From: Trichosphaerium sp. ATCC 40318
Lineage: Eukaryota > Protista > Tubulinea
Length of the DNA stretch: 44,887 nucleotides
Direction of reading: 5' to 3'
NCBI GenBank assembly: GCA_038496445.1
Contig: JALMLS010000599.1
Coordinates: 1 to 44,887, forward strand
Below, one piece after another: positions 24,057 through 34,841 of this stretch. The notes under the pieces are model-generated. The model saw only the letters and a program-made list of their open reading frames with translations, was not told the DNA's origin and did no database searches. Position numbers and translations under genes: made by a program. Within the stretch, counting starts at the first letter, position 1. Each line of letters starts with the position of its first letter.

Positions 24057-24969
24057 TTATTGTGCACATTCGTGGTGAGGCCAGGGACCAATAGGATTGT
24101 ATCTAAGTCGCCGCTTTAGAACTATGTTGGATGTATGTGCTGTAATATACAAGCACGACTCCAACACGTACAATGTTCCGCGAAAACGTTGCTTAAACAT
24201 TCCGTGTCTATCGAAATACCCATTCACATGCTCAACACGTCCACGATAGTTTTGCATCAATGCGTTAAAGCGATTTTGCGCCCTTGTGAGTGGTATTCTT
24301 GTCCTACCAGTTGAATAGGGTAGAACAAAGTGCTCGTTGCCCGGAATCACATTGAAGGCGCCGTCACCTAGAAATACCTCCCAATCAAAGGTTGGATGTG
24401 TTGCTATGGCATTATTCCATATATACCCGTCCCACAGCGTACCCAAATGAGGAGAAGAGAAGACTAAGATAGTGCCTAAAAAAGAAACTCCGAGGAGTAC
24501 TTTCACAACACAGTCTTTATATTTACCCGAATAAAATCGGGAGCGAATAGCGGACAAGCTTGGTTTGTTTATGCGCACAGGTAATGTATCTACAATACAT
24601 GTTACTCTGTATGGGAAGTGTTCCCCATGATTGAAGGGATTTCTAGAAAATAAATTTATAAAGTTGCAAAGTGTTGTGAACTTACAAACGTTCTTCCCAA
24701 ATAATCTCATCTAGGACTTCTCCCATCAAGTGCATCAACGGAACCAAGTTTTCAAGAAAATATGGCTGTGACTTTACTCCAATTTCATCCAATCTACGCC
24801 AAGTTGGGTACGCATGAATGTATCTATATACCAGATACATTTCACGTTGAGTATACTTTGTCTTTACCAAGTATTTGTAATAGACATGCTTTAGTGCCCA
24901 TTTAGGAACTCCTGTTTGTGCGTGACACTTCCAATTGGACACGTAATCTAGTGTCCACAGTTTGTTCAT
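24057..24969 (-). CDS. DDE transposase (DDE_Tnp_4; PIF/Harbinger/ISL2EU/IS5-like), 2 exons
   Basis: CIVDTLPVRINKP (D1), YSGKYK, FLGDGAF (D2), FN..RGRVEHVNG (E). Intron gtaag..ttctag at ~24643-24685 joins WEERL to NPFNH. Confidence 0.9.
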
Positions 24970-25043
24970 AGCAAAAATGGAACAAAGCGTGGGCACTAGA
25001 TTACCTAATTTGTCTTTGAGTTCACCAAATTTATAAATTTCCG

Positions 25044-26534
25044 ATGGAAAAACCTGAGGATGAACCAAAAGAGCAAACAGATGATGAACTGTGTAACCTT
25101 GTTCAATCTATCTTTCGTAAATACGATGTTCAGTCAAATGGTTCACCAGCAGTAAACTACAACGCTCTTGCTGAAGATATAAAAAAGCTGAAACAACATC
25201 ACTATCGATGGATACATGCTGCTCTCACTGGACCTCTTAAAGATATTAATAAAGGTATTAACAGAAGTTGCGGCTCACCTAACACACAAATTAGGTTTCT
25301 GGGGTAAGATAGCGTTATACTTTTCCGCGTACTTTCAGTGTGTACCAATTGGTCATGCCCAAATGAAGTACCGTTTTCGTGCATATCGACTCAAACACAA
25401 CGCAAGTACACTTACGAAGTACAACAACTAATTCCACACAGTTACCATGTCCACGCTCAAACAACAGCACGCCAACCAAAAGTATACCGGCAAAACAAAC
25501 TGAACCAAAAACTGCAATTCCACCACTCCCAAAAAAGAAAACAACAACACGTCCACCAACTCACACAGATTTTTCAGAACCGTACAATGTCTTTAATGAT
25601 ACAACTGTTGTGCAACACTTGAATCATCAACTAGCGAGAGACGTACCAAATAATAGTATGAAGTAAAAATTTATAAATTTTTGTTGATCTCCTATTTTTA
25701 GACCAAGAAGCCGATAAATTAGCAGAGCGTGTAACTGATATACTTATGGATGTGGAATTCAAATACTCACAGTACAATCGATTTTTATCAATATGTATCT
25801 CCAAAATGTCCAAGACTCGGTGTAACCCCAGCGATAGGCGTAAGTACATTTTTTTTGTATTCTTTCTCAGAGTTTTTGTAGCTAAACGACAACGAATTGC
25901 TATGTTTGCTAAGTATCAGGCTGATACTCTTGATTTTTGTAAGAGGCCTGTTGCAAACCCTGAAGGACTACCGCCCACTGAACTAGAGCTACAAAAACGC
26001 ATGGATGAGCTTGGTGCCATTAATAATTCCTTGAAGAGTGTACAAAAGCATAACCGTAAACTCGCTGGTAGGGTAAAGACAAGAGAAAAAGAAATTGAAG
26101 ATGAGAGAAAACAAAGGAAGGCCCGAAGAAAAGAGCAAGCTGAAAAAAAAAAAAAAAAGCAGAATACAAGACATCATGCTAGAATTGTCACCGAAAGTGG
26201 TAATGCGGCTATTATAGATAGCATTCGTCGTCCACCAAAATATAATGAAGGCAACAGAAGGGAGTCATTTGCAGCAGATGTATACGATGGCTCACCTTTG
26301 AGATTGAAGAAACCAACTACACAGCGATGGGATAGAGTAGACCCAACAGCGCCAGCTACATCAACGTACTACTCTAAGTATGAATCAGAGAGTGCTGATT
26401 TCCATGCTGCTCGTGGTGGTACTCTTAGAGCGAACGACAGGGACAAAACAGAACTTGAAGACATAGACCAGTATGTTGACAGTGACGGAACTTCAGACAG
26501 CGAATTCCATCCACAATATGATGAGGAACAATGA
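25044..26534 (+). CDS. Transposon accessory protein C (~5 exons), unknown; Cys cluster, coiled coil, basic NLS-like tract and acidic tail
   Basis: Consecutive + ORFs (25044, 25338, 25379, 25746) are linkable by GT-AG introns. Motifs WVCTNWSC..C..CP, LELQKRMDELGAINNSLK and KKKKK. Confidence 0.65.
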
Positions 26535-26584
26535 AATAAACGCCACTGTTTTTCTTATAATCTATTGTTTACTGTTTATTTACT

Positions 26585-26658
26585 GCCGGCAAAATGGCCG
26601 GAATTAGGTACAGTAGTACAAGGCCGGCACTCATTCTAGAGCCGGTAAAACAGCCGGA
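26585..26658. repeat. Right subterminal GCCGG repeats
   Basis: gccggcaaaatggccgg, ggccggc, gccggtaaaacagccgg. Confidence 0.8.
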
Positions 26659-26669
26659 AACTTGACGTC

Positions 26670-26729
26670 TCTGTCACCTGACAAAAAAATTATCGATAGA
26701 AAACTTTATCGATAATCTGAGTCAATTCC
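26670..26729 (-). repeat. Right terminal inverted repeat
   Basis: Reverse complement reads ggaattgactcagattatcgataaagttttctatcgataattttttt..caggtgacag. Confidence 0.92.
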
Positions 26730-27637
26730 ATTGTAAAAAACTATCGTTTCAGATAATTTGCTGAGTGCATTACGCTCTTACGAAAAGGAGTCTTAAAAAT
26801 AAAAGTTCAAACTAAAACCTAGTGCCAGTCATGTACTGATTTGTTTTTACATATCCCAAACTTTAAAATAATCAAATATTGGGAAAAAAAAACCAACCCG
26901 GATTACCTGTACATGTAGAAGAATCCTTTAGTGTGCCGTTTGAAAAATATCGCTTCATACAGCCAACCGCCGCAAAAGGAATGTGCTAGGTAAAAGTGAC
27001 AACATCCTTTGTAACTGTAGTTGCATTAGCCCGCTGTAATCCAACTTTGGTTTTGTACGTTATATTAGGATGTAGCTGGGTGTTTAAACAACCAGTTGTT
27101 GGACACTTTCTTCCGCTTGACACTGTTTTTGAGTCGAAGTCACTATTAGACAACTTTCTTTTTTACCTTGGCGACAGGAACCAATATCTAGTAGTTCGGA
27201 GTTTGGTTTTGCGTTTTTGGGTACTGTTAGTCATTTGAAGCACACAGAGCATGTGCAATATATGTAAGAATGCTACGTTTGATTTACGGCGTATTAGCCG
27301 CTTATATCAGCGTACATCTTTCTTAATGTTGTTAAAAGGAAAAACTTTGCGCAATTTCCCAAAAAAAGAACTCCTAACTATTTTGGTTTGAAATCAAAAA
27401 AATACGCAATCTCGCGTCGCTATCCTTTAGAATGGGTATTAGCGCCTCAAAACAACAAGATTGCACAAAAAAACTTTCTGAAAAAAACAAAAAAAAAGAA
27501 TCAACGATGAGCAATTTAGAGATAAGTACTACCATTTAAATTTACACAGAGAGATTTCTTTTTCCAAAAAAAAAAATACCAAGCCAAAAAAAGACAAACG
27601 AAGAAAAGTTTTTCCGCTGAAGGCATTTTCTCTTTTT

Positions 27638-30600
27638 TTAGTCCGAAGGTAATGCATTGTGTTCTTGTGATTCAGCGGTTAGTCTTTGTCTTCCACTTCT
27701 ATTATTACGTTTTATAATAGTGGCCTATTGAGTATATTAGTATGGGAAATACAACAGAGTGTTATAAATAGTACAGCTTGTGCTAGATCCCAACGTGTGA
27801 TCATGCCTCTCACTCCGTTATATACATCAGTTACTACCAAATGACGCAGTCCCATTGTCCTGAAAACTCTAAATACCCTTGATAGAGAACAACTCTCTTT
27901 AACTTGAAATGGGTTCCTGTGCATATCTAAAAAGTTAAAGTAAGCTAATAGGATTCACTACCAACAGCGATGATAATCGCAGAAGCCAAAAAAACAAAGT
28001 TTTTTATCCTCGTAAGGATTTGACTTCGTACAAGGCTTTAGGGTTATCCATGACTCCAGAGAGCTATCTGGAACTTCTATTTCTTTAATGGTGAGGAATC
28101 TAGGATAGTCTTCGCTAAAATCAGCCAAATCGATGCTAAACAAAATATCATTACAAATAAGTCACAATTGTGAAAAATTAAATGCTCATAGCTTACGGTT
28201 GATAGTAATTTCTGCGTATGCTCCCTGTGTCAGAAACAAATGCTCCTTTTTTAAGTAGAGTAATAAGCTGAGTCCTCAGAATAATACCCAAGAATGTATT
28301 ACCAGCATCAACAACAGGAAATCCATTGTGATCTGTATTTTTTAATACCTTCACAAAAAAAGTCAAACACAGAAAAAGTGGTTGTTACTGTACGCACTTG
28401 AATAACATTTTTCACCTTTACAGATTCTTTGAAACAAACAACAGGTGTTGCCATTATATCCTGAGCACGATACTTACGTGTGAAGTACTCAGGTTCCCAT
28501 TCTAGCAACGGTATATGCTTCAACTCAATATGAATATCATAGAGACCTAGAGAAGGTTTTAGTAATGGGTTTGAAGAGAAAACATTATTTTTGTAAATGT
28601 AACAGTCAAAACCTCAGCAAAACAAAACCATTTTCGTACCTTCATTAAAATAATCACCAACCCATTTAGCAACCTAATAAAGTATTTAGTTTAAACCTCC
28701 ATCAGCAGCACAAAAACAAATTTGGGTTGTTATTGGTGAAAAATTTAGTGTTAAAGATACGCAATTTTAATCAAGTTGATTGAGTATTCATGGTTTAATA
28801 GGTATGTAAAAAAGTTTATAAGTGAATACGAATGTACCATGAGAGTAACCATTATTGGTAAACCGTATGTAATATCATTGGTTGATTCTAGTAATATAAC
28901 ACAAAGCGATATAGTCATCCTTTAAAACAGAAGGAGTCAAACACGAGTTTACAACAATAGCCAATTGCACTTACCGCACAACACCTCCCAACATTGCAGC
29001 TGCACCTATCAGAGCGAAAGTACCTGCCTCAATATCCCAAGTTTCAGGTAAATACTCCTTCAGTATGTTGCCTAAGGTACGACTAATTAGACTCGAAAAA
29101 CTGTCATAATATTTCGGTAAATAATGGTACCCATAAGCCTTCCCATTGAAGCTCCTACTAGAATTGTAGGTACAAATAAACCAGAAGGAACAGAGACACC
29201 ATAAGTCCACGTTGCAAGGAAAAAATAGAATGCAAAGAAAACTAGCAGAGTAGTTTTACTGTAGGCATCCTCATTGTGAAACAAGCTACGTATGGCATCC
29301 TATGGGTATTAGTTAGTTTTTGTAGCTATTCTTGCACAACTGCACCTCTTGTGTTGTAAAGAAAATATTAGCCATATCGTTGTAAGTTCCTGGTGGACAG
29401 TAGAATTCATGTGTATTTGTAGATACGCGACTAGAAAAAATAAGTTAGTTACATGCTGGACATGGTCGGTGATTTGTAGTGGACTACAATTCAAGGAGTT
29501 AAACAAGCGTATTACCCGCAATCGTGAAAGTAGTAAGACAACATAAATGAGCACGTGCTTGTTACTGCAGCTACCAAAAGTGCCTTAAGATAATGATTAG
29601 CTAAAAATAAATTGAATGAACTTGAGCTCACCTCTGCGAATTTGAGATAACCTTTTTTAATGTATCGCATACGAAACTGTGTTAGACGTAGATTAATAAC
29701 ATTAAACAAAGCTCCACCGAATCCACCGAGTACACCTATATCACAATTATTATTTGATACGTAAATAGTAGAATTGACTAAAATGGAAATCAATGTACCG
29801 AGTAAGATAAAAAAAGGAAATTGTTGAACTTTATATCCATGATGTTTTTGTGTTGTAAAAGTGCCAAAATCGATCAATCCATTCTGTGATAATGCACCCC
29901 ACTTACCAACAACACCTGTTTTTTTAGGTGTAAATATTGTACTCGCAATGACAGGTATTTACTAAATTTGGGTCGTACCGGATAGTAAAAGATTCAAGGT
30001 AAAAGTTGATACCATTGAGCAAAAAAATGTACGCCACGTAAGTGCTTGATTCCAAAAACTAGATCCTTCTTCTAGAGAAAATAACACACCACCAACGGGT
30101 GCCCCAAAAGCCGCTGCTACACCAGCCGCTGCGCCTGTTACAGAATTAGAAAAAATGTCTAAAACTGACTCAAAAACATTACCTCCAGACACAAAATCAC
30201 GTTTTTCTTGATCGATTCGGAAGGATTTGCCCAGCCTAGTATCTATAGGAAATGATGAAGCTTTTCCTTGGCTAACACCACCAGCAATAATTGCTCCTGA
30301 ATGGATCATTGGCCCCTTTAAATTTTTCGTTAACAAAATACGAGACGTATTCGTATTCGTTGTGTTAGAAAAAGAGTGTACCTCTTTTCCAACAGCTAAC
30401 CCACCAGCAACTGAAAAAAGAACGCCAACTGCTTTTGCCACAAGAGTTTTAAAGCGAATGACGTTTGGTATTTTAATACCATTCAAATAGCACTAGAAAT
30501 AGCATGTGAGAATACAATACTTAGGCAGAGCGTTTCTCGCTTTTTGGGGTTTGTCCTATTTTCTTACTTTAATTTCTGGGATACCTGAGCCACCTGCAAT

Positions 30601-31230
30601 AGGCTCTATGAATGATACAAGAAACGCAGCGACAGATACAAGCGCCATATTAATACCTATTGACAACATTTAGCGAAAACGTCAAAACACGTGATAGTAA
30701 TAGATGTACGAACCTACATAAGCAAAAAATGGTAGATACAGACAGTCATCACAATCTACAGCTACTAAAATGAAGTTAATTAGGTTTTGCACGTAGTTAT
30801 AACCCGTACTCTTATTAATAAGGCTAAATTTTACTTTGGCTATCTTTTGTATTATAAAATCGATAAGGAAAGCAACAATTGCTGTTAAAAGACCAACAAT
30901 GAATGCTATTACCCATCGCGCTACAGAAATGTTTCTAAAAGCCTAAGACATGTCAATGACAAATTCAACTTCGCTATTTGTACACTGCGCGTCTTAGTAC
31001 CACGCTTCTTGTCGCTCAGATCATTTTCTATTGGATCGTAGTCCAAAGACTGTAAAAACGTTAATCATTACGTATCTACGCATCACAACCTCGTATTCCT
31101 TGTTGGCGTGCGCATTAATGTGATGGGCGCTTGACTTGTGGAAAGAATGTTGCTGTAGCCTACTTGTAGGTCCAGGGCCCATGGCAAATGGCCCTTGGCC
31201 ACTAATGTCATTAGGTACAATGGTGGCCAT
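27638..31230 (-). CDS. CLC-family chloride/proton antiporter (CLC-6/7-like) with two CBS domains
   Basis: [11 protein letters not shown]|[69 protein letters not shown]. Confidence 0.95.
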
Positions 31231-31473
31231 TGAATACACTGAATAAGAAACTTGAATTTCAACTGCAAGTCAAACTCCAACAAAACCTTGCGTGCAATTT
31301 TTAAAATTACAGTCGGTTTTGCGTAAATAGAGACGTCATGTTATTCATTTACCGCCTCAATAAAACAACTTTTTTTTATACAAATGTCAATAAGAAATTA
31401 TCAACTTGTGCATTCAATGGTTGTTTTTCAATACAACATAAATATTAGTACTAGCTCTTACAGCAATGGTTTG

Positions 31474-32302
31474 TTAATTGGGTTTTTTTTTAGGCGGCTG
31501 GAGTTTCATCACCCTTTTTCTCTTTTAGGTTTAATTTGATCTTATCAGCGAGTTCTTCGAGTGCTTCTCTGATACCTTTTGGGAATTAGGAGGCGAGTCG
31601 CAATAAAAGAAATTCCACTACGCACCATCGCCAGTTTTAGCTGAGATAGCAGCGCAAATAGCAGTACGCGAGCTAGAGTAACTTTGTACGTCTAGAGCTT
31701 CGCCAATTTCTGAATCTGTTTTTGCGCCATCAATGTCCTGTTTGTTTGCAATGACAAACACAAGAACACCTATCAACGTTAGAAAATACGATTAAAACTC
31801 GCAATAATTTTTTTGCAAAGCGAAAATACGCAATTTACCAACCAAAAAGTCATTTTTTACTCACCTGCAAGGTTAGGGTCTCTCATCGCCTTTGAGAGTT
31901 CCTTTTTCGACTCTTCAAGCCTCTCTTCATCGGCAGCATCTACAACCCAAATGACTGCATCAGGTACGTTGTCCTACGCTACAATTAAGGCGCGCAAAGG
32001 AAGATCTTCACTGGTGCTTTTGTTTCACGCGTACTTGCGAATAATAGTATTTCCAAAGACTTCTGGTACTCTCCTTTCCAGATATGTCCCAAACGTTGAA
32101 TTTTACGCCTTTTACTTTCAAGTTGTATATTTTATAGGCCTCTGTTGGTTCCACAGAGATATCCTGCTTCGGGTTCATGTACTTGTGTAAAAATGTGGTC
32201 TGTAAAGCTTGATCAGAAACGATCACTTATTAGGTGCTACATTACCTTTCCAGCACCATCAATGCCAAGAACAAGTATTCTGCTATGTACAGCGCCACCC
32301 AT
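31474..32302 (-). CDS. Arf/Arl-family small GTPase
   Basis: MG start, GIDGAGK|TT (G1), WDISGKE (G3), LWKYYY, WVVDAAD, ANKQD (G4), SAKTG (G5). Confidence 0.9.
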
Positions 32303-32425
32303 GTTGTTAGTTTGGTAGGTTTTTGTGCAGTAAAAAAACAACGGTCACATAATTTCCAAAAACAAAAAAAAACAAGTATATTTTCATCTTCTGACACCCT
32401 CTGTTTTGGTAAAAACACTCACATT

Positions 32426-34055
32426 CTAGTTTACTACATTACAACGTTCTTCGTATGCTTTCCAAGCTGCGTCTTTGTACTTTTCAGCTGCTTTGTCCGG
32501 TGCGTCAGATTGCGTCACTCCTCGCCCAACGATGATGATATCAGCGCCCTGGTTTCTGCACGAAGTTAGATTACACTTTTACGTCGTTTTGGAGTTCTTA
32601 CACTACTATCGATGGAGTCCTGTAGTTTTGACCCATTTTGTCACCCTTCTTCGCTAGGTGCACGCCAGGAGTCATGTTGAGGAAACCCAAGTCGTCCTAG
32701 GAAAGAGTTAATAACGCGACCGGTACACTTTTTATTCGTGAAACGCGATAAAATTATAACGTAAAATTAGTGTATGTCTTACTTGAGTGGAACCAACGCC
32801 ACTTTGACAGATAAATCCAATCACAAAATCTTTGTTTTCGCGAGCAGTTGTAAGCGAAACCTCCGCCGTTTTTGTATTAGTATTAGCGTCTTGCGTAGAC
32901 ATATGCGCTATGAGCAAACATGCACGATCTGGGAGACCTAAAACAGTGTTAAATTTTGTTTCTTCCCGAAACAGACAAACATAGTAGTATTTGTACCTGG
33001 TGTATCCTTAAGCGCTGTAATACTCTGGGCACCACTTACTACATGAGCATTGGTTATATCTGCCCAAGAAGAAATTTTGTAAACTCCGCTAGAGTACTAT
33101 GTGTCCTTGGTTATTTATCGTACTGGAAAACGGGATATTCCGTACTTGATGTTTTACGGTATTCCCAATATCGGCGAATTTGCGGTCTTCGAATATTAAA
33201 AAATCGTGCTTAATAGCTAAAGCGCGAAGACTGAGTACAAATTCACGATCGAAATCCTCTATGATATCTACGTGAGTCTTGAGGATAACAATATGCTGTC
33301 CAATGGATTCCGCAAGAGCCAAAATTTTGGTCTTGTCTGTCAAATCCGCAGCAACGCATAGAGTTGTTTTCTTCGTCTGTGAATGACTTGTAAGCATTAC
33401 GGATTACGTTGGGCTCTGTAAAACGCACCTCCATGAGTTGGAAGAGTCTCTTGGCGACAGCATTTTGTGCTAATGCCACGCGGTCCGAAAAACGAACGTT
33501 TCTTAATACAGACTTGTTTGCGTAAGGCGCAGGAACTTTGTTAGCGCTAAGCCATTCAGTAATTTCTTTAGCTACGACAGTGTCACTATTTTTCAGTAGG
33601 AAGGTAAGTGGTGATTGTACCTTTTTCAGGAGCTAGTTTCTTGTGTTTGATGAGAATAGCTACTACCTCAGAGATTGTACATAATGAGTACAAGTTGATA
33701 TTTTTTGCTTTCAAGTGTTGTCTTCCTCCTTGTTCGCGATCAATTACAACCATTGCTTCAGACGCAAGAAGACCCTTTATAAATAAGCTTATTTAAAATG
33801 GCTCGTATTTTGCGCAACCAAATACCTCTGAGTTGAGTAAAGCGGTAGTTTCGAGTACGCTAGCACCACTGGTAACGATATCTTCAACAATAATGCACGT
33901 GTCACCATTTTTAAAAGTTCCTTCTATTTGCTTTTTCGTTCCGTATGCTTTTTTCTCCTTACGTGTTATAAGCATAGGTAACTTGCATTCTTGGGATATG
34001 AGTGTTGCCAAAGGCAACGCAGTGTATGGAACACCAACGAGTTTAGTGTTTTTCT
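32426..34055 (-). CDS. UMPS: Bifunctional UMP synthase (OPRT + OMP decarboxylase); 5' exon(s) not resolved
   Basis: [32 protein letters not shown] (PRPP motif), [40 protein letters not shown]. Confidence 0.93.
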
Positions 34056-34841
34056 CTATGCGAACGCGTAAGTTGAAGTGGAAATGTCAAAAATCAATTG
34101 GCAATAAAATGGAAATAAAAAGAGGTGATTGCGTCGTGTGTTGTCCGTATGATTACAACCAGTACATATCACAACTGCGAACAGTACTGGTGTATGAAAT
34201 ACGAAGTAGTTTTCTTCTATGCATGCAAATTATTCTCTAGCGATCACAACAATTGCTGACACAAGCCAATATCAGCACTGCGGTGTGTCTGACAATTGGG
34301 CAAATGTACGCACAGACTTATTTACACTGCAGTGTAGAGCGTTTTGTTGAACAACACAGTGACTCTGGCACCGGTATTTTGAGTTTAGAAATGTTTTTTT
34401 AAAGCGTGTAAACACACTCGTAGATTAATTGTGGGCAAGTGCCAATCTCTTAGTGATTTCTTACCGTCATAGCCCGCCGATTTCTCAACAAAATTATTCC
34501 ACATCAGAGTACATATTTTATGCATCAATGCTGGGTGGCATGGCAATAGGCGTCTTAGTTTGAATAGTCAGCATTTCTCGAAAGAGTTAAAGTTTTTTAA
34601 AACGTACAAATCTACGCGCTGGTTAGTGGGAAACATGTGCGAAACGCGTACCAATGTAAAATGGGGAAACAACACCACTTTTTAGCACAAACGAGCCAAA
34701 CTTTACTGCGCCTACGTTAAACAGTTCAATTAGTGCCTCTTCCATTGTATATGATGGTTTTGAGATTACACTTAAGAAAAAGTGTTAAGTTTTCTCTACA
34801 GCGATTGTTTGTTTCTCTGTCCCTCTGGTTTATTCGTTTCG

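Larger units (their letters stand above)
21991..26729. mobile_element. Complete PIF/Harbinger-superfamily (IS5-like DDE_Tnp_4) DNA transposon, 4739 bp, with a 3-bp ATT target-site duplication
   Basis: TIR GGAATTGACTCAGATTATCGATAAA is perfect for 25 bp and imperfect to ~60 bp. ATT flanks both ends (21988-21990 and 26730-26732). Internal DDE transposase. Confidence 0.92.

Noticed and set aside
21991-26729. Fanzor/TnpB RNA-guided nuclease cargo in the transposon
   Set aside because: No RuvC motifs or CxxC..CxxC zinc ribbon in any accessory ORF, and little non-coding space for a guide RNA.
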